From a virus (taxonomy: Duplodnaviria; Caudoviricetes), in the IMG/VR virus record IMGVR_UViG_3300037478_000244, positions 1 to 38,112 of that record: a stretch of 38,112 nucleotides of DNA, one strand, 5' to 3'. A program made the position numbers and the translations under genes. The notes under the pieces were generated by a model. That model saw only the letters and a list, made by a program, of their open reading frames with translations, was not told the origin of the DNA and made no database searches. The stretch's first letter is position 1; each line of letters begins with the position of its first letter. Of this stretch, positions 17,201-25,174 are shown one piece after another.

Positions 17201-20200
17201 CAACGTCGAGTCCGTCGTCGACGCTGTAGACGTACGGCCGATGCGTCGGCAGCCGCTCGTTGCCGTACTTCTCAACGATCGACGCCTTCGCGATCTTGAT
17301 CGGCGCCGGGGCGTCGCTGCCGTCGGGCAGTTCACCCCGCTGCAGCAACAGCAGTGCGGCGTAGTCTTTGCGCCGGCGGATCTCGCCTTCCACCTCCGTG
17401 CGCACCTCCGCCTTGCGGGCCTTCCACCAGGTGGTGCGCTCGCGCTGCAGCTCGCGGACGAGCCGGCGCGTGATGCGCTCCTCGGCTTCGTCGTGCGCGG
17501 CGCGCAGGGTCGCCAGGTAGCCCTGCCACTCGATCGGGCCGATGCCGGCGATCTCGAACGCTTGCTCGGGCGTGGCGAAGATCGGCGTCAGCCGCGCTTC
17601 CTTTTTCGCGGCCGCGATCGCGTCGGTGCCGGCGACCAAGCGATCGAAGACTTCGACGATCTCCGGACTCAGGTCGATGTGCAGCGCGGCGATCGACTCG
17701 TACACCTTCGACAGCCAGGTGCGGAACCGCTGGAACGCGCCAGCCATCTCGGGCACCGGCGCCCGGCCGCGCAGCAGATACGCTTCGAACGCGCGCGCGA
17801 ACTGCTCGTGCTGCTCGGTCCCGACCTGGTCGCGCGTCGCGACGTTCATCCACTTCAAGATGCGATCGAAGTCGTCGACGAGCGTCTTCTGGCCGTCAGT
17901 CCACGTCGACGGATCGCCGCGACGGATCCGGTCGGTCAGCTCTCCCATCATGTGCAGATAGAGATGGCCGGTCTCGTGCAGGAACGTCGAGAGGTTCGCC
18001 TGCGCGAAGAACTCGACGCGGATGCCCGCGCGGTTGATCGTGATCGCGCCGCGCTTGGCACTCGCCTCGACCGCGGGTGTCGGGGGCAGCTCCTCCTGGA
18101 AGAGTGTCTGCCCGGCCAGCGCGGCCTCACGCACCGCCGGCGTCAGTTCGAGGAACGGCACCTCGGCGACGCCCGGCTCGTCGCGCACCTGGATCTGTGT
18201 CGTCGCGACGCGCGCGCCACTCTTCTTCACCGCCGGCAGCTTGTTGACGACGTTCGGGAAGTCGACGTCGTAGAGCTTGGCCAGCCCCTTGCCGCCCACG
18301 TCGAGCTGCTCCTGTTCGATGCGGCCCTCTTCGGTCGTGAGGATCTGCCGCGCCAGCTCGTCACCGACCACGTCGCTGAGCTTGCGGCCTTCGATCTGCT
18401 GCCATTCATCGGACCCCGTGATGATGCCGTCCGCAGACACGTACACCGGATACATGGGCTGTCCCCCGCGTTTCGGGTAGAGCTTCACGTACCGCGTGCC
18501 CGTCGTGCGCCAGGCCGTCCACGAGATCTTGTTGAGCTGCTTCGACAGGCGGTACCGATCGCGCTGCATCTGCCCGGCGGTCCACGCGACCCCGTCGACG
18601 CCGAGATCAGCCGCGTGCCGGATCGCCCACTTGAACGCCAGCTCGCGCCACTGCTGCTGGAAGAGCTGCGGCATGTTGTCGAACTCGGCCTCGCCTGGTG
18701 GCTGCACTTCTTCGAGGAACAGCACGCGCCGCTCGGTGACGACATTGGTCGGCAGCGTGCCGGCGAGCGCCGTGCGTAGCGCGGCGATGCGGTTGTCGAG
18801 ATCGCGGAGCTGCCGCTGCCGGCGCTGGTCGTACGCGACCCCGACGCGGCCGCTGCCCTCCATCAGGTTCCGACGCTCCGCTTCGGCTGCGTCGAGCCCG
18901 GCCTGGACCTGCGTGAGCGGCGCCTTCGTCGGCTGGCGCGTCTCGACGATGCGACGCAGGTTGAAGCGCAGGCGCACGATCGGGTTCTCGATGTCGCGGT
19001 ACTGGTCGTGGCCGTCGCGCCAGATCGCCGCCTTGACGTCGCCCTGCTTCAGCCCGGCGGCCGTTAGGAACACCTCGCGATACGTGTCCGGGTCGGCGTG
19101 TTCGCCGTTGTTGAGCTGGTAGTCGGCGTACTTCACGCGCGCGCCTTCGCGCTCACCCTGCAGCTCGTCTTCGGCGATCGTCCGCGCGTGCGCGTGGCTG
19201 ACGCTGTTGCGCACCTCGATGTACCAGTCGCGCTGCATGATCTCTTCGAGGTGATCGCGGAACCGATCGGCGGCTTCCTGCGCCTCGTCGAGGGTGTCGA
19301 ACTCTTCCTCGTCGACTTTGTAGACGGTGGCGCCGGTCTCCTCGTCGAGGTTCTCCTGGATCGGCACGTAGACCGCCTCGGGGCCGTAGCCGCGGTCTTC
19401 GAGTTCCTGCACCTTCTGGTTGACGAGCGCCGCGTGGATCGTGTCCGCGCGCTCGTTCACCTCGCGCTCCGTATACCCGTCCGTCGTGAGCGTCACCCAC
19501 GTCACCGGCACGGCATGCTGCCGCAGGTACCCGAGTACCTCGTCGCGGGTGTAGGGCTGTGTGTCGGTGAGCGCCGAGACGTCGGTGAGCAGCAGCTCCT
19601 GCTCGTTCACGCCGAGCTTGCTGCCTTTGATGATGTTCTTCCAGTCGCGGCCGCTGGCGCGCGTCTGCTTCGCGGTCTCGACGGTGCGGATGACGCGGGA
19701 GTAGGCCCAGGACGCCGCGGTGGGCGGCGCGGCGGCGTCCTGGAAGAGAACTATGCCTTGGTCGTCGTCGACTTCGATCGCGCTGCTGACAGTCGCTGAT
19801 GGACCAGGGCCCGTTCCTGGGGCGTCGCGTCCCGGCCCGTCAGGTGCTTGTACAGCTTCAGTACCTGGTCCGCGCTCGGGAGCCCCTTCGGGAGCAATAC
19901 TCTGTCCGGCTTCGTTGACGACGGCACCTGGCCCTCCTGGTCCCTGCCAGGTCGGTCCATGGACCCACCCGACGGGGTAGTCGATAGTAACAGAGTTCTT
20001 GTCAAAAAGGTCGAAGTACGCGATCTGCTCGTGCTTCCGGCCGATCGCCTGCGCCTGCTTCTTCGAGGTGACCACCCGGCTGATGTCGAGGTACACCTGG
20101 TCGCCGTCGACCCAGGCGCCGAAGTGGTTGCCCTCCTGCAGCAGCAGATCGGCGTGCGCGATGACGTAGTCGGCCAGGGCCTGCGGGGTGACGTCGTTGA

Positions 20201-23200
20201 TGTGATGTACCGCCGCCGCCTCGGGATAGACGGCCAGCGCGAACCCCTTCACCGGTGCGACGCCTTCGAGGATCGAGTACGTGAACCCGCCGCCCTCGCG
20301 GAGCTGCGCCAGCAGGTTCTGGTACGGCTCGCGGTTTACCGCTTCCCGCGCTTTGCGGACCCAGTCGAGCCGCCGAGCTGAACGGAGAAGGCTTGGTGTA
20401 ACCGGGACAGCTTCTCGCGGCGTTGGATCGCCTCCTGCCGCCGCAGCGTCGAGATCGAGATCAGCGTCGAGATCAGATCCGATGTCACTTTCGAGGATCG
20501 AGAGAACCGGGCCATAGCCTGCTGCCTCCAGGATCGTGCGCACCGGCGCGTCGCGCGTGATGAGCTGCGCGAAGTCCGGGGTCGAGGTGATCGCCGCGTC
20601 GCTGATCAGGCCCTGCTTGAGGATCGCTTCCGCGGTCGTCCCCTCGGCCTCCGCCAGCTCGTACATCGTCTTCGCCCACGACCAGACGGTTTCCTGCACC
20701 TCCGCCGGCGTCCAGGTCTCGCCGCTGATCCGCGTGAGCCGATCGGCGACGCGGCGGATCTTGGCGGCGTGCGCGACGTGCGCCGACTTCGACAGCCCGC
20801 GGCCGAACACCGCGTGCATCGTGCCGGCGAAGACTGTCATCCAGGCGTCCGTGGTGACCTGCTGCTGATGTCCAAGCAGGTTCAACATGAACGGGTTGAC
20901 CTTCGGCCCGCTGAGCTGGATCGTCGTCGCGTCTTCGGTGGCCAGCGCGCGCACCGTGTTGGGTATCCACGACGGCAGCACACTGTCTTTGCCTTCGCTC
21001 TGCTGGACACTGCGATCGAGGATGCGCCGGATCTTGGCTTCGCTCGTGGGGCGTCCCTCCGCGACCCAGTTCGCCCACGTGTTGACCGCGTTGTACAGGT
21101 TCGCTTCGACGCTGGTCTTCGGCGACAGCGCGGCCAAGAGTGCCGTGAAGCGCGGCGCGTCGACGTCGCCGAAGAGCTGCCGGATCGCGGCGCCGCTGCG
21201 CTGGTACCACCCGCGTTTCGCTTTGCCGGCCACCGCGGCCGCCATGTAGTCGGCCTCGCCCGGAAGATCGCTGAAGACGTCGAGCACGCGCGTCATCACG
21301 TCGCGGCGCAGGCCGGCGCGCTCCTCGGGCAACAGGTGCGGGGCGATGCGCTCGAACCCGGCCGGCAGGGCGATCGCGTCGCCGGCGGCCCGGGCCCGGT
21401 GGAACAGCACCACGCCCTCCGCGGCGGTCCTGGTGGCCTCCTGGGCGGCCTCCGTGGGGTCCGCGGGCTCGGCAGGGGGGGCGGTCGCCTGGGCGCCCTG
21501 GACCGCCGCCAGAGCCGCCCGGACGCCATTCCTGGTGCCCTGCGGGCCGATCTGTAGGTTGTAGGTGTCGAGCAGCGCCATCGGGTCTTCCCCGGCGCGC
21601 TCGGCCAGGTTCGTCACGACCTGCTCGACGCCGGCCGCGTACGTGTTGGCCACCTGGAGCGCGTCGGCGTTCGCGCTGGCCACCATCGCGTGGAAGCCGG
21701 CATCGGCGACGAGCGTCGCCAGGATCGCCTGACGCATCGGGGAGCCGGCCGCCTCGGGCGTCTCCGTGCCCGCGGCCGCGGCGCTCACCGCGTCCTGGAT
21801 CGACGCCGCGAGCTGCTGCTGTTGCTCGCGCATGCCCTCCAGCTCGACCGCCGTCGGCTCGTCGGGCGTGAGTCGCACGTTCTGACTGAAGAACGCATGA
21901 TGCTCGCTCGGCGCGATCTGCGCGGCGTACTGCCCGATCGGGATCGCCAGGTCGGCGCCGCTCGCGCGCGCGGTCTCGTACGCGGTCGCATCGCCGGTGA
22001 GTTCGAGCGCCTTCTGCGCCGGGTCTTCGCCGCGCGCCTGGAAGTACCGCGTGAACTCCTCGACCGGTGCATACACCGTCGACGTCGGCGAGCCCTCGGC
22101 CATGTGCTGCACCAGCTCGCCGAACTTCTCGGGCGATCGCTTGGCCACCGGTGACTCGGTCGCGCGCTCCGCGATCCGATCGAGCACGGTCTTCGCGCTG
22201 CGGGCCATGCCGGTCTGGATGCCGATCATCGTCAGCGTCGCGATCGTCGTCTGCGCCGCGGCTGCCGGGCGCTCGGCGATGTAGTCGCTGAACGTCTTGT
22301 GCGCGTTGCTCGGCAGGACCGCCCAGTCGTTCAGATCCTGCAGCACGGTCGCGATGTTCTCGCCCACCAGCTCGGGGAAGAGCTGATGGACCATCGTCTG
22401 CACGATCGGCGCCTTCATGCCGACGTCTTTCAGCAGCCGCGTCAATGGAATGCGCTCGGTGACCGCCTCGATGACGCCCTGCGCGGCCGCGTACGGGACC
22501 GCGCGATCGACCGGGACGCCCTGCTGCCGCGCTTCGGCGTACGCCTCGCCGCTGGTCACCGCCCCGAGCAGCGCGAGTGACGCGCCTGGGCCGGCGGCGA
22601 CACCGACCAGCAGCGACGGCGCCGCCATGCCGATCGACTCGATGCCGCTGTACATCGCCTGCTCGACAAACCCCGCGCCGACTTGCTCGCCGCGGAACTG
22701 ATCCTGCATCGCCTCGGCGACATCCGCGGCGCCCTTCGCGAAGTGCGCGAGCGGCGCGCCGGGCACCAGGCCAAACGGCGTGGCCACGATCGGCGAGACT
22801 TCGCCGAGCTGCTGCACCAGGCCCCACACGCCGCGGCCGAACCCCTGGACGCCGGCGACCAACGAGCCCCCGACATTGCGATGGATGCGAATGATCCGTT
22901 CGAGTGCGGTGAGATCCTCGACGTCATCGCGCACGATCGCCGCGTGGTACGGATCGCGCGCCACCCACGAGGTGAGCGCCGGCGCCGTGTCGCGGATCTC
23001 CTGGTACGGCGTCTCGGTCAGCCGCGCGCGCTTGACCATGTCGTCGTAGTTCCGCTCGACGACCGGGGCGGGCACGCCCAGGCGATGTGACAGCCGCAAG
23101 ATGTCCGCGGCCCGATCGGGCGCCAGCGGCGCGCTGTCGATCTCCGCCTTCCTGAGCGTGCGCTGCTCGGCCTGGCGATCGCCGTCGAGCAGCGCCCGCG

Positions 23201-23324
23201 CGGCCTCGAAGGTCGGCGAGCGAGGCGACGGCGGCGGCGGTGGCGGGATCGCCGGCTGTTGCAGCGGTGGGGTCTGCTCGTCTTCCTCGACGGGCAGGAT
23301 CGGATCGGGCACGCCGAACGCCAT
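14223..23324 (-). CDS. Giant (3033 aa) ejection/internal virion polyvalent protein: HhH-GPD-like, possible SAM-lyase-like, GNAT-like and zincin (HExxH) domains
   Basis: Position after two internal virion genes (T7 gp16-like slot); ANLSTFLHETGH...HEQFARAFEAYL zincin; SGPK...VTTD HhH motif. Confidence 0.85.
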   Translation of the reverse strand: MAFGVPDPILPVEEDEQTPPLQQPAIPPPPPPSPRSPTFEAARALLDGDRQAEQRTLRKAEIDSAPLAPDRAADILRLSHRLGVPAPVVERNYDDMVKRARLTETPYQEIRDTAPALTSWVARDPYHAAIVRDDVEDLTALERIIRIHRNVGGSLVAGVQGFGRGVWGLVQQLGEVSPIVATPFGLVPGAPLAHFAKGAADVAEAMQDQFRGEQVGAGFVEQAMYSGIESIGMAAPSLLVGVAAGPGASLALLGAVTSGEAYAEARQQGVPVDRAVPYAAAQGVIEAVTERIPLTRLLKDVGMKAPIVQTMVHQLFPELVGENIATVLQDLNDWAVLPSNAHKTFSDYIAERPAAAAQTTIATLTMIGIQTGMARSAKTVLDRIAERATESPVAKRSPEKFGELVQHMAEGSPTSTVYAPVEEFTRYFQARGEDPAQKALELTGDATAYETARASGADLAIPIGQYAAQIAPSEHHAFFSQNVRLTPDEPTAVELEGMREQQQQLAASIQDAVSAAAAGTETPEAAGSPMRQAILATLVADAGFHAMVASANADALQVANTYAAGVEQVVTNLAERAGEDPMALLDTYNLQIGPQGTRNGVRAALAAVQGAQATAPPAEPADPTEAAQEATRTAAEGVVLFHRARAAGDAIALPAGFERIAPHLLPEERAGLRRDVMTRVLDVFSDLPGEADYMAAAVAGKAKRGWYQRSGAAIRQLFGDVDAPRFTALLAALSPKTSVEANLYNAVNTWANWVAEGRPTSEAKIRRILDRSVQQSEGKDSVLPSWIPNTVRALATEDATTIQLSGPKVNPFMLNLLGHQQQVTTDAWMTVFAGTMHAVFGRGLSKSAHVAHAAKIRRVADRLTRISGETWTPAEVQETVWSWAKTMYELAEAEGTTAEAILKQGLISDAAITSTPDFAQLITRDAPVRTILEAAGYGPVLSILESDIGSDLDADLDLDAAAAGGDPTPREAVPVTPSLLRSARRLDWVRKAREAVNREPYQNLLAQLREGGGFTYSILEGVAPVKGFALAVYPEAAAVHHINDVTPQALADYVIAHADLLLQEGNHFGAWVDGDQVYLDISRVVTSKKQAQAIGRKHEQIAYFDLFDKNSVTIDYPVGWVHGPTWQGPGGPGAVVNEAGQSIAPEGAPERGPGTEAVQAPDGPGRDAPGTGPGPSATVSSAIEVDDDQGIVLFQDAAAPPTAASWAYSRVIRTVETAKQTRASGRDWKNIIKGSKLGVNEQELLLTDVSALTDTQPYTRDEVLGYLRQHAVPVTWVTLTTDGYTEREVNERADTIHAALVNQKVQELEDRGYGPEAVYVPIQENLDEETGATVYKVDEEEFDTLDEAQEAADRFRDHLEEIMQRDWYIEVRNSVSHAHARTIAEDELQGEREGARVKYADYQLNNGEHADPDTYREVFLTAAGLKQGDVKAAIWRDGHDQYRDIENPIVRLRFNLRRIVETRQPTKAPLTQVQAGLDAAEAERRNLMEGSGRVGVAYDQRRQRQLRDLDNRIAALRTALAGTLPTNVVTERRVLFLEEVQPPGEAEFDNMPQLFQQQWRELAFKWAIRHAADLGVDGVAWTAGQMQRDRYRLSKQLNKISWTAWRTTGTRYVKLYPKRGGQPMYPVYVSADGIITGSDEWQQIEGRKLSDVVGDELARQILTTEEGRIEQEQLDVGGKGLAKLYDVDFPNVVNKLPAVKKSGARVATTQIQVRDEPGVAEVPFLELTPAVREAALAGQTLFQEELPPTPAVEASAKRGAITINRAGIRVEFFAQANLSTFLHETGHLYLHMMGELTDRIRRGDPSTWTDGQKTLVDDFDRILKWMNVATRDQVGTEQHEQFARAFEAYLLRGRAPVPEMAGAFQRFRTWLSKVYESIAALHIDLSPEIVEVFDRLVAGTDAIAAAKKEARLTPIFATPEQAFEIAGIGPIEWQGYLATLRAAHDEAEERITRRLVRELQRERTTWWKARKAEVRTEVEGEIRRRKDYAALLLLQRGELPDGSDAPAPIKIAKASIVEKYGNERLPTHRPYVYSVDDGLDVDEVAHLTGFSSGDELLTVLAATTEKLDTVVTAETDRRMQQQYGDLRIDGTLQAQARVAVQEGAYQEVLTAELRALSAAARRARPIVAATRAQAAAEEGSARRAVRTAIRALVPTAQLNAIATERIGKIAVREIRPLLYWQAAQKAAREASEAMAAGKFEEAVAFKAQQRMAVAMHRAAQAAIEETEALEKYAKRLAQRPAQARLGRAGESYQAQVNALLNKFEFQSVSNKALDRRQTLVEWVAARQREGLPIDVPADVLEAAQRTNYRQVPVERLRELRETLKQIEHLARLKNTLLAQQEQREYETARDGLVQSIVTKNPVQPQPLEFRRAEARRFNVANIFASHTKVAELAQRLDGYVDGGPMWSLVVRPLNEAQDREVDRRRKDGTRYDEILRRHYPGRALARWNQKVFIPAINASLSREAILSVALNWGNETSRDRILSDPKRRWSRPQVEAILDTLDRNDWEFVQETWDFVDSFWQEISDKTYRVTGLRPEKVEAVPVDTKHGRFRGGYYPLAYDRRLAAAPGTNEITSEAKLQLAGAYIRSTTRRGHLKTRLDHVELPVRLELGVLFNHLDQVLHDLTHHEVLIDVSRLLRDDDVSNAIHAVGGDPMYRQFTDALQDIAVGKRPGGSLVDQWAAWAKTGAQISALGLNLWTAIQQPLGLFNGAARVGPSWVMRGMFRWMRDAATMENTVAWIRSVSPFMAHRATTQSQDINDLRNKIQEASWFDKLVRSVSADRVTQQNIVDSFLWHIGLAQRVADVPTWIGQYEKSRAAGKNEDEAIALADQAVRDSQGGGQTVDLSKVQRGGDVARLFMVFYTYGSTVFGQTARAYHQTSFKSPISTARFLGDLSLIYFFPALATIVLSRLLKGSGDEDDDLFELSKDVLAEMGGSALNSMIVLRELGGLLRSSNRGYEGPAGARLLQQVYKLGGQVAQGEVDGGLLKALNQTAGVIFRYPANQMQRSVEGLVALSEDETENPFAVLFGAPPQER
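19751..19927 (-). CDS. Overprinted +1-frame 58-aa gene nested in the giant gene (nested ORF B)
   Basis: AGGAGG at 19933-19938, 5 nt before GTG 19927; the host frame shows A/T-rich third positions here; product MPSSTKPDRVLLPKGLPSADQVLKLYKHLTGRDATPQERALVHQRLSAARSKSTTTKA. Confidence 0.65.
   Translation of the reverse strand: MPSSTKPDRVLLPKGLPSADQVLKLYKHLTGRDATPQERALVHQRLSAARSKSTTTKA
20336..20515 (-). CDS. Overprinted +1-frame 59-aa gene nested in the giant gene (nested ORF A; not in the ORF track)
   Basis: GGAGG at 20525-20529, 9 nt before ATG 20515; GC3-rich codons in the +1 frame; product MARFSRSSKVTSDLISTLISISTLRRQEAIQRREKLSRLHQAFSVQLGGSTGSAKRGKR. Confidence 0.6.
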   Translation of the reverse strand: MARFSRSSKVTSDLISTLISISTLRRQEAIQRREKLSRLHQAFSVQLGGSTGSAKRGKR

Positions 23325-25162
23325 CAGCGCACCGAACCCTGAGCGAGCATGCGCAGGTACAGGCCGACGATCGCGTCAGGCGTCGGCGTGCGCTTGGCGG
23401 CCGTGAGCGCCGCGCTGAGATCGATGACGTCCTGGCGCGGGATGCGCGTGACCGCGTTGCCGCCGATCTCGCCGCCCAGGCGCGAGCGCACTTCCGCTTC
23501 GAAGCGGATCAGGCTGGCGTCGTCGACGGTGCGGCCGACACTGCGCAGCGTCTCTTCGAGCACGCGCCGGCGGCTGGTGCTGATGTCGCCGGTCTCGATG
23601 CGCACCAGCGGCTTGGTCGTCGAGCCCCACAGGCTGCCCTTCACCTCGACGTTTTCGCTGAGCAGCCGGTCGAGGATGCTGCGGATCTCCTCGTTCGCCA
23701 GCTCCTTGCCGGTCGCGCGCTGCAGCTCCTCGACGCGGCGGTCGAGCATCGCGCGCGTGAGCGCGATCGCGCGGCCGTCGGCGCTGTCCGGTTTGGCGCG
23801 CGGGTCGAACCCGTGCAGCAGCATCGTGTCGTCGAACAGCTCCTGGCGCGTGCGGAACGATCCGGTCTTCGCGTCGATCTCCTTCCGGTCGCCCTTCTTC
23901 ACCGACACCTGGAGATCCATCATCTGCTCCAGGTCGGCCGACGACAGCACGCCGGCGTACTTGAGCAGGTTCTCCTGGACGAACGTCGCTTCGTCGTCGA
24001 CCGACATCAGCTTCAGCCGATAGAGCGTCGCCGGGTCGGTCTTCACCGCGATGCCCTGCGCCTTGTGCTCAGCGTACGACTTCAGCGCGCCGGCTTCGCC
24101 CGGGTCGAGCTGTGCCCAGTCGGCCGGCGGAATGTCGGTCCAGCGGCCGGTACGATCGATGATGTTCTTGCTGTTCACCATGATCGTCTCGATGCGCTCG
24201 CGATCGCGGGCACGGCGCACCTGGTCCTCGTGTTCGAGCGACTGCAGCACGCGATCCTCCAGCTCGCCCGAGTACTTCTCGCGCGCCGCCTTGCGCTGCT
24301 TCTCCAGCGTGTCGAGCGTCGGGTCGCCGAGGATCGTCGTGAGCGCCTGCTGCGTCTGCTCGCGCACCGTGCCCTCGGCCAGCGCCTTCTCGATGCGCTC
24401 CAGCGACGGGCCGGCGATCTGATCCTTCAGCTCCTCGAAGTACGCCTGGGCGCCGGCGGTCTTGCCCTGCGCGAGTAGTCGGCCGATGACGCCCTCGTGG
24501 ACCTGCGTGCGCAGCTCGGCGATCGCGGCCTCTTGCGCTTCGGGCCCGAGGCGCAGCCGCGACGCGCTGGTGCGGATCACTTCTTCGCCGAAGGCCAGGG
24601 TCTCGCCGACTTTCCGCGGATCGTTCGCGTTGGCGATCGCGGTCGACCGCACGTTCTCCAGCGACGACTTCACTTCACCCGCGTAGTACGCCTGGGCCTC
24701 GTCGAACACGTAGCGCTTGACCGACAGGTCCATCGACGTGCGCTGCTGCGCGAGCCAGCGCGACCACATGGCGCGCTGCCGATCGTTCGAGAGCCCGGTG
24801 CCCAGTTCACTGGCGTTGCGGGTGAAGACGTCGCGGAACTCGTCGGGCAGCGCCTGCGCGTCCTTTCCCTTCTTGGTGTACGCGCCGCTGTCGGGATCGA
24901 ACTGCCAGGCGTTCAGCCGCTCGGTGAACCGGTTGCTGGCTTCGAGGAACGCGGCTTCGTCGGCGGCCTTCTGTTCCTCCTGGATCATCCCGAGCGCGAT
25001 GTTGGTGCCCTGGATGGCGACGCCGGCGATCGTCTGCGCCGTCCGTGCGCGCTCCTCCTCGACGCCAGCGCCGAGCGACAGCGCGGTGGGCGCTGCGGTG
25101 CGACGCGCGCCGGGGAGCCCGCGTAGCGCGACTTGACGTTGACCGTAACGGACGACTGGCAT
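23324..25162 (-). CDS. Internal virion (ejection) protein, T7 gp15-like slot
   Basis: Helical 612-aa protein, MP.V.Y..RQV start, synteny. Confidence 0.75.
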   Translation of the reverse strand: MPVVRYGQRQVALRGLPGARRTAAPTALSLGAGVEEERARTAQTIAGVAIQGTNIALGMIQEEQKAADEAAFLEASNRFTERLNAWQFDPDSGAYTKKGKDAQALPDEFRDVFTRNASELGTGLSNDRQRAMWSRWLAQQRTSMDLSVKRYVFDEAQAYYAGEVKSSLENVRSTAIANANDPRKVGETLAFGEEVIRTSASRLRLGPEAQEAAIAELRTQVHEGVIGRLLAQGKTAGAQAYFEELKDQIAGPSLERIEKALAEGTVREQTQQALTTILGDPTLDTLEKQRKAAREKYSGELEDRVLQSLEHEDQVRRARDRERIETIMVNSKNIIDRTGRWTDIPPADWAQLDPGEAGALKSYAEHKAQGIAVKTDPATLYRLKLMSVDDEATFVQENLLKYAGVLSSADLEQMMDLQVSVKKGDRKEIDAKTGSFRTRQELFDDTMLLHGFDPRAKPDSADGRAIALTRAMLDRRVEELQRATGKELANEEIRSILDRLLSENVEVKGSLWGSTTKPLVRIETGDISTSRRRVLEETLRSVGRTVDDASLIRFEAEVRSRLGGEIGGNAVTRIPRQDVIDLSAALTAAKRTPTPDAIVGLYLRMLAQGSVR

Positions 25163-25174
25163 CAGCGTCTCCGA

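Noticed and set aside
20485-22827. 780-aa alternative-frame ORF in the giant gene (also 15307-16482)
   Set aside because: Arg/Gly/Ala-rich frame artefact of high GC; the host frame keeps normal codon bias over most of this span, unlike at the two nested ORFs
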